Under the pieces are notes generated by a model. The model had not been told where the DNA came from and searched no databases. It was given only the letters and a program-made list of their open reading frames with translations. The position numbers and the translations under genes are program-made. From assembly GCA_965140415.1 (NCBI GenBank), contig OZ223209.1:1248001-1312000 (forward strand): a stretch of 64,000 bases of DNA. The letters run 5' to 3'. Every line of letters begins with the position of its first letter. Position 1 is the first letter of the stretch. The stretch is from Myxococcota bacterium. GTDB taxonomy: Bacteria > Myxococcota_A > SURF-8. Positions 49,145 through 57,994 of this stretch are shown here, in pieces.

Positions 49145-49576
49145 ATGCCGAGTTTTGTAATCACTGAGAAGTGTGACGGATGCAAAGGGCAGGATAAAAC
49201 CGCTTGCATGTACATCTGTCCCAACGACCTGATGGTCCTGGACAAGGACAAGATGAAAGCGTTCAACCGCGCTCCCGATATGTGTTGGGAATGCAGTTGC
49301 TGCGTAAAAATCTGTCCGCAGCAGGCCATTGACCTCCGCGGCTATGCCGACTTCGTGCCGCTAGGCGCAAGCTGCGTGCCGATGCGCGGTTCCGACAGCA
49401 TCATGTGGACCGTGAAGTTCCGTAACGGAATGGTGAAGCGCTTCAAGTTCCCGATTCGCACCACCCCTGAAGGTAGCGCGGTCCCGAACGGCGGCTTTGG
49501 CGATGGCGACGGTGCGTTCGACAACGAACTGCTGTTCTCCGAGCCGGCTTCCCTGAACTTCGTCCCGGGCAAATAA
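49145..49576 (+). CDS. aprB: Adenylylsulfate reductase beta subunit
   Basis: MPSFV..EKCDGCKGQDKTACMYICPNDLM, CWEC..CVKICPQ, IMWTVKFRNG..KRFKFPIRTTPEG. Confidence 0.97.
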   Translation: MPSFVITEKCDGCKGQDKTACMYICPNDLMVLDKDKMKAFNRAPDMCWECSCCVKICPQQAIDLRGYADFVPLGASCVPMRGSDSIMWTVKFRNGMVKRFKFPIRTTPEGSAVPNGGFGDGDGAFDNELLFSEPASLNFVPGK

Positions 49577-49587
49577 GGAGGTAAATA

Positions 49588-51501
49588 ATGGCTAATTTCG
49601 AGACTGTTGAAGTTACGACTGATCTGTTGATCGTCGGTGGTGGTATGGCCTCCTGCGGCGCTGCCGTTGAAGCGGCCTACTGGGCAAAGAAAAACGGCCT
49701 GAAGGTCACCTTGGTTGATAAAGCAGCCATGGATCGTTCCGGTGCGGTGGCCATGGGCCTCTCCGCCATCAACCAGTACGTTGGCGTCGCTGAAGGCGAC
49801 AACACCGTGGAAGACTACGTACGTTACGTCCGCCAGGATCTGATGGGTGTCACCCGTGAAGACTTGGTTTACAACATCGCGCGTCACGTCGACTCCACCG
49901 TCCATCTGTTCCAGAAATGGGGCCTCCCCATCTGGGCGGACGAAGAAGGCAAGTACATCCATGAAGGTCGTTGGCAGGTCATGATCAACGGTGAATCCTA
50001 CAAGATCATCGTTGCTGAAGCAGCCAAAAACGCCCTGAAAGAATACGGTCACGAATACTTCGAACGTATTTTCATCGTTGAGCCCCTGATGGACGGCGAC
50101 CGCGTCGCCGGCGCCGTGGGTTTCAGCACCCGTGAAAACAAATTCTACGTATTCCGCGCGAAAGCCGTCATGTGTGCCATGGGCGGCGCCGTGCACGTGT
50201 TCCGTCCGCGTTCCGTCGGTGAAGGCTTTGGCCGTTCCTGGTATCCACCGTTCAACTCCGGTTCCTCCGCGTATTTCACGATCCGCGCCGGTGCCGAGAT
50301 GACCTGCCAGGAAGTCCGCTTCATCCCCGTGCGTTTCAAAGACGGTTATGGTCCTGTCGGTGCGTGGTTCCTGCTGTTCAAAGCCGCTGCCACCAACGCG
50401 TTCCATGAGAGCTACATGCAGACTCATGCTGACGAACTGCAGAAATATGCCCCCTACGGTTTGGTCAAGCCGATCCCGGCCTGCCTGCGTAACCACTTGG
50501 GCATGATCGATCTGTTCGCCGGTAAGGGCCCGATCTACATGCAGACCGCCGAAGCCATTCAGGCGATCGCCGAGAACACCAAGTCCGAGTTCGCCGACGA
50601 TCCGAAGAAAGCCGAGAAGGCCTTCAAGAAGAAGATGAAGCACCTCGAAGAGGAAGCTTGGGAAGACTTCTTGGACATGACCATCTCCCAGGCTCTGCTG
50701 TGGGCCGCCACCAACACCGAGCCGGAAAAGGCCCCGAGCGAGATCGCTCCTTGTGAGCCTTACTTCATCGGTTCGCACTCCGGCGCTTCCGGCGCTTGGG
50801 TTTCCGGTCCTGCCGATCTCGAAGGCAAGGGCGGAATGTTCTGGGGCTATGCCAATATGTGCACCGTCAAGGGTCTGTTCGCCGCCGGCGACGCCTCTGG
50901 CGCCAGCTCCCATAAGTTCTCCTCCGGCTCCCACGCCGAAGGTCGTATCGCCGGTAAGGCCGCTGTGAAGTTCATCGTTGAGAACAACACGCTGCCGAAC
51001 ATCGACGCCGCGAAGGTGGACGAACTGAAAGAGCGCATCCTGCGCCCGATCGATCTGTTCGAAGCTCACCAAGCTGAGACCACTGACCCGATGATCAACC
51101 CGAACTACCTGATGCCGCGTCAGTTCATGGATCGCCTCCAGAAGATCATGGACGAATACGCCGGTGGCGTCAGCATGCAGTTCACCACCAACAAGCACCT
51201 GCTCGATCGTGGTATGGAACTGATGACGTTCCTGCGCGAAGACAGCGAGAAGCTGGCTGCCGAGAACCTGCATGACCTGATGCGCGCTTGGGAGAACATT
51301 CAGCGTATGTGGCAGGCCGAAGCCCATCTGCGTACTCTGATGTTCCGCGAAGAAACCCGTTGGCCGGGTTACTACTATCGCGCTGATCTGCCTGAAATGG
51401 ACGAAGAAAACTGGAAGTGCTTCGCCAATCTGCGCTGGGATCCGGCGACTGGTGAATGGGAATCCATGAAACGTGAGATTCCGAGCATCGGTATCGAATA
51501 G
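49588..51501 (+). CDS. aprA: Adenylylsulfate reductase alpha subunit
   Basis: RSGAVAMGLSAIN, WQVMINGES, RFKDGYGPVGAWFLLFK, EAWEDFLDMT, HKFSSGSHAEGR, REETRWPG. Confidence 0.97.
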   Translation: MANFETVEVTTDLLIVGGGMASCGAAVEAAYWAKKNGLKVTLVDKAAMDRSGAVAMGLSAINQYVGVAEGDNTVEDYVRYVRQDLMGVTREDLVYNIARHVDSTVHLFQKWGLPIWADEEGKYIHEGRWQVMINGESYKIIVAEAAKNALKEYGHEYFERIFIVEPLMDGDRVAGAVGFSTRENKFYVFRAKAVMCAMGGAVHVFRPRSVGEGFGRSWYPPFNSGSSAYFTIRAGAEMTCQEVRFIPVRFKDGYGPVGAWFLLFKAAATNAFHESYMQTHADELQKYAPYGLVKPIPACLRNHLGMIDLFAGKGPIYMQTAEAIQAIAENTKSEFADDPKKAEKAFKKKMKHLEEEAWEDFLDMTISQALLWAATNTEPEKAPSEIAPCEPYFIGSHSGASGAWVSGPADLEGKGGMFWGYANMCTVKGLFAAGDASGASSHKFSSGSHAEGRIAGKAAVKFIVENNTLPNIDAAKVDELKERILRPIDLFEAHQAETTDPMINPNYLMPRQFMDRLQKIMDEYAGGVSMQFTTNKHLLDRGMELMTFLREDSEKLAAENLHDLMRAWENIQRMWQAEAHLRTLMFREETRWPGYYYRADLPEMDEENWKCFANLRWDPATGEWESMKREIPSIGIE

Positions 51502-51517
51502 TCCTCTTCGGTTCCTA

Positions 51518-51554
51518 CTCCAGGCGCCCATTGGGCGCCTGGAGACTTTTCTTT
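51518..51554 (+). terminator. Rho-independent terminator after aprA
   Basis: CTCCAGGCGCCCA-T-TGGGCGCCTGGAG followed by ACTTTTCTTT. Confidence 0.75.
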
Positions 51555-51616
51555 GTATGCCATTCATTTCGGTCTTTATAATTCCCGTTAACGAACAGTG
51601 AAGAAGTGGAAATACC

Positions 51617-51892
51617 ATGACGGATCAAGACCCGAGAATTTGCCCACATTGTAACCAGAAAACCAAGAAGTGGCTACCGGTTGAAGAATTGAACTGGGGG
51701 TTGGATCCGCAGTACATCTGTTTCAACGACGAGTGTCCTTACTATATCCGTGGCTGGGAACACACCAGGAAAAGCATGAAAAAGCCGGCCTCTTATCGCT
51801 ATCGCTACATTCCCGCGACTGGTGCGGTTCAACCGATTCCCGTCTGGTCGGAAACGGCGTTGAAAGACCGGATCGTTCCCGAAGATGAATAG
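51617..51892 (+). CDS. Small zinc-ribbon-like protein
   Basis: CPHC...CFNDECPYY.RGW...SYRY; lies within the apr-qmo cluster. Confidence 0.8.
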   Translation: MTDQDPRICPHCNQKTKKWLPVEELNWGLDPQYICFNDECPYYIRGWEHTRKSMKKPASYRYRYIPATGAVQPIPVWSETALKDRIVPEDE

Positions 51893-51918
51893 CTGGCTGT
51901 TGAAAGTGGAGTAGTCTC

Positions 51919-52815
51919 ATGAGCGAACGTGATACGATGGCCGATGTGTCGAAGATGAAGGATGAAATCCTGACTCAATACGAGCGATTGGGTTTGGAAG
52001 ACGAAATGATCTTCTCCTGTAATCCCAGCGTTCCCTGTTTCGGGAAATGCTGCCACGATATCAATATCTTTTTAACCCCTTATGATATTCTGCGCTTGAA
52101 AACACGCCTTGGAATTTCTTCCGAGGAGTTTATTGCAAAATACGCTTTGTCACCGCCGGTGGCGGCTACAAACCAGGTGCCCATGATCGTATTGCGTATG
52201 AGCGATCAGGAAGGCAAACCCTGTCAGTTCCTGAGCGAGCAGGGATGCACGGTCTATGAAGATCGTCCCTGGGCCTGCCGTATGTATCCGCTGGGAATCG
52301 CCAGCCAGAAAACGGAAGCCAATCCCGACGGCGAGGAATTTTTCTATTTGATCCATGAACCGGAACGCTGCAAGGGCCACGGCCTTGGCGAACCGATGAA
52401 AATCAAGGATTATCTTGACGGACAGAAGGTGCAGGATTACAACGAAATGAACGATATGTTCAAAGAGTTGACAATGGCACCTTTCTGGCAGCGGGACGAT
52501 CGCCATCTGCCGCCGCAACAGGTGCAGATGTTCTATATGGCCTGTTACAATTTGGACATGTTCAAGCGCTTTATCTTCAACAGCCGCTTTTTCGAGATCA
52601 TGGATGTGGAAGAAGGGCTGAAAGAGCGAATCGAAGCAGACGAAGTGGAACTGATGAAGTTCGGTTTCCAATGGCTGCGTTACTCGCTTTTCGGTGAAGG
52701 TCCGTTGAAGGTAAAAGAAGACGCGATCGAAAAGAAAAAGGTGGAATGGGCCGCTCAGATGGAAGCGGAACAAGAGAAAAAGCAAAAGGCCCAACACCAG
52801 AACAAGAAATCATAA
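51919..52815 (+). CDS. YkgJ-family cysteine-cluster protein
   Basis: C...CFGKCC, LTPYDILRL, CQFL...GCTVYEDRPWACRMYP, CKG, FYMACYNLD.F. Confidence 0.87.
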   Translation: MSERDTMADVSKMKDEILTQYERLGLEDEMIFSCNPSVPCFGKCCHDINIFLTPYDILRLKTRLGISSEEFIAKYALSPPVAATNQVPMIVLRMSDQEGKPCQFLSEQGCTVYEDRPWACRMYPLGIASQKTEANPDGEEFFYLIHEPERCKGHGLGEPMKIKDYLDGQKVQDYNEMNDMFKELTMAPFWQRDDRHLPPQQVQMFYMACYNLDMFKRFIFNSRFFEIMDVEEGLKERIEADEVELMKFGFQWLRYSLFGEGPLKVKEDAIEKKKVEWAAQMEAEQEKKQKAQHQNKKS

Positions 52816-52970
52816 GCCGTTCAGCATCAATTGTATCGGCGTGAATGTTTCGCATTCGGTTCGGTTCCCAGGCGTCAGAACCGGGTATGACCTTTGCGGG
52901 GCGCACGTCGGCGATAAAAATCCAATCGGAGATCAAGGTCACATTGACGCCAGTCGCTAAGGAGTGATTC

Positions 52971-54236
52971 ATGACAGAGGAAAAACACAGTAGCGTGATG
53001 GTCGTTGGAGGGGGCATTGGCGGGCTCACTGCGGCTGTCGAAATCGCGGAGATGGGATACGACGTGATCCTGCTTGAAAAATCTCCGTCTCTCGGCGGAC
53101 GAGTTGCCCGGATGACCAAGTACTTCCCCAAGCTCTGCCCTCCCTATTGCGGGTTGGAGATCAACTACCGCCGGGTCAAGGAAAACCGCAAATTGCGCGT
53201 ATTCACCCAGGCGGAAGTAGAGCAGATCACGGGAGAGCCGCAGAACTTCGACGTGAAAGTCAAACTGAATCCGCGTTATGTACTGCCGGAGCAGGACCAG
53301 TTCGACAAAGCCGTGGAAGCTTGCAAGGTCAACGCTCCCAACGACTTCAACTACGGATTAGATGAAATCTCCGCGATTCACTATCCGCACGATCTGGCTT
53401 ATCCCTACCTGCCGGTCGTCGAAGCGGAATTCAAGGACGATCCCGGTGTGAAGGAAGCCATCGAAGAGAGTGGCTGCACCAAGTTCGACCTGGAAATGCA
53501 ACCGCAGGAAATGAATTTCAAAGTCGGCGCGATCGTCTGGGCCACCGGCTGGACGCCCTTCGATCCCACTCCGGTGCATTACCTCGGTTACGGCAAGTAC
53601 CAGGATGTCATCCAGAACGTGGAAATGGAGCGCTACTGCGCGGTCAACGGTCCCACCAAGGGTAAACTGCTGCGTCCCTCCGATGGCAAAGAAGCCAAGC
53701 GAGTGGCCTTCGTGCAGTGTGCCGGTTCGCGCGACTCCAATTATCTGGGATATTGCTCGGGCATCTGCTGCCTGGCTTCGATGAAGCAGGCCACTTACGT
53801 GCGCGATCAGTATGCGGAAGACGGCGAAGCCTGGATGTTCTACATCGACGTCCGCTCCGGTCGTTACCACGATTTCCTGAATCGTGTTGAAGGTGATGAT
53901 AAGATTCATCTGGTCAAAGGCAAGGCCGGTTCGGTCAGCCGCGACGATGAGAGCGGCGACATGATCGTGACGGTGGAAGATATCGAAGCCGGTAAGGTCA
54001 ACCGCTATCCGGTAGACCTGGTCGTGCTCGCCACCGGCATGGTGCCCAACACGGCCACCGAGAAGATCCCGTACGACGGCCTGGAGTACGACGATTACGG
54101 GTTTGTCATTTCCGATCCGCAGAAGACTGGAATTTATCCGGTTGGTTGCCTGCGCAAGCCGGTGGACGTGTCCACGACGGTTCAGGATGCGACGGGAATT
54201 TCCATTAAAGCGATTCAGACTATCTTGGGTGGGTGA
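52971..54236 (+). CDS. qmoA: QmoA (HdrA-like flavoprotein)
   Basis: VVGGGIGG FAD motif, KYFPKLCPP.CGLEIN, FVQCAGSRD.NYL.YCS.ICCLAS.KQ. Confidence 0.92.
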   Translation: MTEEKHSSVMVVGGGIGGLTAAVEIAEMGYDVILLEKSPSLGGRVARMTKYFPKLCPPYCGLEINYRRVKENRKLRVFTQAEVEQITGEPQNFDVKVKLNPRYVLPEQDQFDKAVEACKVNAPNDFNYGLDEISAIHYPHDLAYPYLPVVEAEFKDDPGVKEAIEESGCTKFDLEMQPQEMNFKVGAIVWATGWTPFDPTPVHYLGYGKYQDVIQNVEMERYCAVNGPTKGKLLRPSDGKEAKRVAFVQCAGSRDSNYLGYCSGICCLASMKQATYVRDQYAEDGEAWMFYIDVRSGRYHDFLNRVEGDDKIHLVKGKAGSVSRDDESGDMIVTVEDIEAGKVNRYPVDLVVLATGMVPNTATEKIPYDGLEYDDYGFVISDPQKTGIYPVGCLRKPVDVSTTVQDATGISIKAIQTILGG

Positions 54237-54241
54237 ATACC

Positions 54242-56407
54242 ATGGAGCACAAAGTCGGATTTTATATTGACGAAGGCTGCGGTCTCGACAAGGTCATTGA
54301 CCTGGACCGCTTGGAAAAAGTCGCCACCGGTGAATACAAGGTGGCCTTAACCCGGCGTCTGCCGCATGCGTGCAGCGCCGAAGGTGCGGACATCATCGGC
54401 AAAGACATCGCCGATGAAGGCATCAACACGGTGGTCATCGCCGGAACGTCTCCGCGCCAGAACTGTCCCTACCTCGATTTCCCGAGCTGCATCGTAGAGC
54501 AGATCAATCTGCGCGAGCAGGTCTTGTGGTCTCACGATCCGGAATTCCTGGAAGAGACGCTCGAAGAGGACGAGGCGGAAGACTGCGTGAACATGATGGC
54601 CGAGGATTACGTGCGGATGGGCATGGTGCGTGCCACCTTGTCGCAGCCGCCGGAGCCTTACCTGATCGATTCGCCCAAGACCGTGCTGGTTATCGGTGGC
54701 GGCGTTGCCGGTATGGGTGCGGCGCTCAACGTAGCCAAAGTCGGTTACGAAGCGGTGATCGTGGAGAAGCAGGACACGCTGGGTGGCTGGGCCGCCAAGA
54801 TTTATCGCGATCTGCCCAAGGGTGGCAACTACGAAACGCTGCCCAACACGCCGGTCGAAGGCATGGTCGAAGAAGTACAGGGCCACAAGAACATTTCCGT
54901 TCACACGGGCTGCACGGTTACGCAGATTGCCGGTGCGCCGGGTGAATTCGCGGTGGAACTGAGTAACGGTCAGAACATCAAGGTCGGTAGCGTGATCGTA
55001 GCCGCCGGTTGGAAACCCGTTGACACCGTCAAATTCGATGCCAAATACGGTTACGGTGAGAATCCGAACGTCATCACCAGTTTGGAACTGGAAGAGATGA
55101 TCAAGGAAAAGGGCAAGATCGTGCGTCCGTCCGACGGCGAAGAAGCCACCACAGTGGCCTTTGTTACCGCCGTGGATATGGCCGAGGGTGAAGATCAGCG
55201 TCCCCATTTGGGTAACGTAGCCGACATCGTGGCCATCAAGCAGATTCATTACTTGCTTGAAGGCAATCCGCACGCAACGCCGTATCTCTTCCACGAGCAG
55301 GTCAAAGCGGCGGGTTTGTACGAAGACCTGTATCGCGAAGTGCAGAAAAAGGGTCTGTTGCTGGTGCGCGGTAACGTGACCAGCCTGAGCGAAGGCGACG
55401 AAAAGCCGGTTATGATCGAAGGCGAAAACAAGCTTTTGGGCGCGCCGGTCATGATGGAAGCCGACCTGGTCGTGTTGTCCGTCGGTATGGTGTCGGTCGC
55501 TTCCGACGAGAACCTGCTGAACTTGAAATACCGCCAGGGACCGGAACTTCCGATCCTGTCCAACGGTTATCCGAATTCGCACTTCATCTGCTTCCCCTAT
55601 GAAACGCGACGTTCCGGCATCTACACCTGTGGTTCGGTGCGTGAGCCGATGGAAGTGATGCGTGCGGTGGAAGATTCCGCCGGTGCGGCGATGAAGGCCG
55701 TGCAGGCTATCGAACTGGTCAGCCACGGTGGTGCGGTGCATCCGCGCGTCAACGACATGAGCTACCCGGAGATCGACTTCGGTCGCTGCACCCAGTGTAA
55801 GCGCTGTACCGAGGAATGTCCCTTCGGTGCGTACGACGAAGATGAGAAGGGGACACCCAAGCCGAATCCTTCGCGCTGCCGTCGTTGCGGCGTGTGCATG
55901 GGCGCCTGTCCCGAGCGCGTGATCAGCTTCAAGAACTACTCGGTCGGCATGATCGGTTCGATGATCAAATCGATCAACGTTCCGGACGAATTCGATGAAA
56001 TGCCGCGTATTCTTGTGTTTGCCTGTGAAAACGACGCTTACCCGGCATTGGACATGGCGTCGCAGAACAAAATCCAGTACAGTTCCTACGTGCGCATCAT
56101 TCCGCTGCGCTGCCTGGGTTCGATCAACCTGGTGTGGATCGCCGATGCGCTGGCCAAGGGTATCGACGGCATCCTGCTGCTGGGTTGCAAGCGCGGTGAC
56201 GATTACCAATGTCACTTCATTAAAGGTAGCGAGTTGGCTAACACGCGTATGGAGAAGGTATCCGAAACGTTGCAGCGCCTGATGCTCGAATCCGAGCGTA
56301 TCCGGGTGGAAGAAGTGAATATCACCGACTATCACACCCTGCCGCAGCTGATCAATGATTTCGTAGCCGAAATCAAAGAGATGGATCCGAACCCTTACAA
56401 AGAGTAA
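54242..56407 (+). CDS. qmoB: QmoB (HdrA-like + 2x[4Fe-4S] + MvhD domain)
   Basis: NLRE, SHFICFPYETRRSGIY, CTQCKRCTEECPFG, CRRCGVCMGACP, CENDAYPALD, DDYQCHFIKGS; alternative GTG start at 54233. Confidence 0.93.
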   Translation: MEHKVGFYIDEGCGLDKVIDLDRLEKVATGEYKVALTRRLPHACSAEGADIIGKDIADEGINTVVIAGTSPRQNCPYLDFPSCIVEQINLREQVLWSHDPEFLEETLEEDEAEDCVNMMAEDYVRMGMVRATLSQPPEPYLIDSPKTVLVIGGGVAGMGAALNVAKVGYEAVIVEKQDTLGGWAAKIYRDLPKGGNYETLPNTPVEGMVEEVQGHKNISVHTGCTVTQIAGAPGEFAVELSNGQNIKVGSVIVAAGWKPVDTVKFDAKYGYGENPNVITSLELEEMIKEKGKIVRPSDGEEATTVAFVTAVDMAEGEDQRPHLGNVADIVAIKQIHYLLEGNPHATPYLFHEQVKAAGLYEDLYREVQKKGLLLVRGNVTSLSEGDEKPVMIEGENKLLGAPVMMEADLVVLSVGMVSVASDENLLNLKYRQGPELPILSNGYPNSHFICFPYETRRSGIYTCGSVREPMEVMRAVEDSAGAAMKAVQAIELVSHGGAVHPRVNDMSYPEIDFGRCTQCKRCTEECPFGAYDEDEKGTPKPNPSRCRRCGVCMGACPERVISFKNYSVGMIGSMIKSINVPDEFDEMPRILVFACENDAYPALDMASQNKIQYSSYVRIIPLRCLGSINLVWIADALAKGIDGILLLGCKRGDDYQCHFIKGSELANTRMEKVSETLQRLMLESERIRVEEVNITDYHTLPQLINDFVAEIKEMDPNPYKE

Positions 56408-56491
56408 AAACCGCGGTCGCCTGCGGTGGACGAAGCACACCCAGGCGGCATTATCTCAGGATTTGGGCTTCGTCTAATATGGGAGCATAGC

Positions 56492-57667
56492 ATGGAACCG
56501 AAAAATCCATTTCCCGAGGTCACGGAAGTCGTCGTAGAGACCGGCGCCAAGACCATTTTCCAGTGCATGCAGTGTGGCATGTGCACCGCGGCCTGTCCCT
56601 GGCGTCTGGTCGAGGGCGAGATCGCGGAGAAATTCAACAACCGCCTGCTGCAACACATGGGTCAGATCGGTGTGGACGGCTACGAGGAAGAAGACATCCT
56701 GTACGCCTGCACCACCTGCGGCATCTGCACGACGCGCTGTCCGCGCGAAGTCAACGCCATCGAGAACACCCGCGTGCTGCGCACGATCATTTCCGAAACC
56801 TCCGGTCTGCCCAAGAGCATTCGCCCCATCGCGGGTAGTCTGCACGACAACGGCAACCCCTGGTCGGGCAAGCGCGAAGACCGCTTCGCATGGGCCAAGG
56901 ATCTGGAGATCCCGACCTTTACCGAGGACACCGAATACTTCCTGTTCATCTGCTGCACCTCCTGCTACGACAAGCGTAGCCAGAAGATCGCCAAGAGCGT
57001 GGTGAAGCTGCTGAAGGAAACCGGCGTCAGCTTCGGCGTGATCGGCGCCGAGGAGAACTGCTGCGGCGAATCGATTCGCAAGACCGGCGCGGAAGACGTC
57101 TTCCAGGAACTGGCCGGCGCGAACGTGGAACTGTTCAACAGCAAGGGCGTAAAGAAGATCATCACGACTTCGCCTCACTGCCTGTGGACCTTCAAAAACG
57201 AGTACCCGGAACTGGGTGGCGAGTACGAAGTGATTCACTACACCGAGCTGTTCAACCAGATGTTGAAAGACGGCAAGCTGGAATTGAAGAACGAAGTCGA
57301 AGGCAAAACCATCGCCTTCCACGATCCCTGCTATTTGGGCCGTCATTCCAAGATCTTCGACGAGCCGCGTCAGTTGGTGCGTAACCTGCCGGGCACCGAG
57401 ACAAAAGAGCTGATGCGCTCCGGCGAAGCCAGCCTCTGTTGCGGCGGCGGCGGCGGTCGCGTGTGGATGGAAACGGAAGTCGGCGCGCGCTTCGGCGATC
57501 TGCGTATTTACGAAGCGCAGGACAAAGGCGCGGACATCCTGGCCACCGGTTGCCCCTATTGCGTGATCATGCTGGAAGCCAGCAACATGGCGCTGGGCAA
57601 GGATGAAGAGATCAAGGTGCGCGACCTGTCCGAGCTGGTCTGCGCCTCGGCGTTGGGTGACAAGTAA
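56492..57667 (+). CDS. Soluble HdrD-like (HdrC+HdrB-type) Fe-S/CCG protein in the qmoC position
   Basis: CMQCGMCTAACP, CTTCGICTTRCPR, CCGE, SPHC, FHDPCYLGR, CCGGGGG, CPYC; no TM segments. Confidence 0.88.
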   Translation: MEPKNPFPEVTEVVVETGAKTIFQCMQCGMCTAACPWRLVEGEIAEKFNNRLLQHMGQIGVDGYEEEDILYACTTCGICTTRCPREVNAIENTRVLRTIISETSGLPKSIRPIAGSLHDNGNPWSGKREDRFAWAKDLEIPTFTEDTEYFLFICCTSCYDKRSQKIAKSVVKLLKETGVSFGVIGAEENCCGESIRKTGAEDVFQELAGANVELFNSKGVKKIITTSPHCLWTFKNEYPELGGEYEVIHYTELFNQMLKDGKLELKNEVEGKTIAFHDPCYLGRHSKIFDEPRQLVRNLPGTETKELMRSGEASLCCGGGGGRVWMETEVGARFGDLRIYEAQDKGADILATGCPYCVIMLEASNMALGKDEEIKVRDLSELVCASALGDK

Positions 57668-57794
57668 CCCGGTTTAACGGGGGACGGTTCGCTTGATATT
57701 CGCCCGGATCGGTGTGCTGATAGTGGCCCGGTCCGGGCGCTTTCGTTTCGCTGCGGCGAGGCGATGACGTATGAACGCAGGACGTAAAAAAAGC

Positions 57795-57823
57795 TTGTCA
57801 ACATTGGCAAGCGAGGGTATTCT
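57795..57823 (+). promoter_or_regulatory. sigma70 promoter of tRNA-Pro
   Basis: TTGTCA-17 nt-TATTCT preceded by an A-tract. Confidence 0.6.
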
Positions 57824-57853
57824 TCCCCGGCCTGCATGAGCGCAGGGCGATAG

Positions 57854-57935
<82 letters not shown>

Positions 57936-57974
57936 AAAAAAACAGCCACTCCTGATACCGGGAGTGGCTGATTT
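57936..57974. terminator. Probable bidirectional terminator between tRNA-Pro and the convergent AT-rich gene
   Basis: A-run then CAGCCACTCC-loop-GGAGTGGCTG then ATTT. Confidence 0.7.
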
Positions 57975-57994
57975 GGGTTTATGGGGGGGAAAAA

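Noticed and set aside
49342-51618. 758-aa antisense ORF over aprA (likewise 54347-56440, 6761-8002, 3302-4540, 32398-33906)
   Set aside because: These are shadow frames produced by codon bias and high GC of well-supported genes on the other strand; they show no motifs or RBS.
52971-57667. Possible selenocysteine (UGA) recoding in Qmo/Hdr genes, given selABC nearby
   Set aside because: All frames are open with Cys at the motif positions, and the TGA stops I checked in the window fall at normal C-termini.
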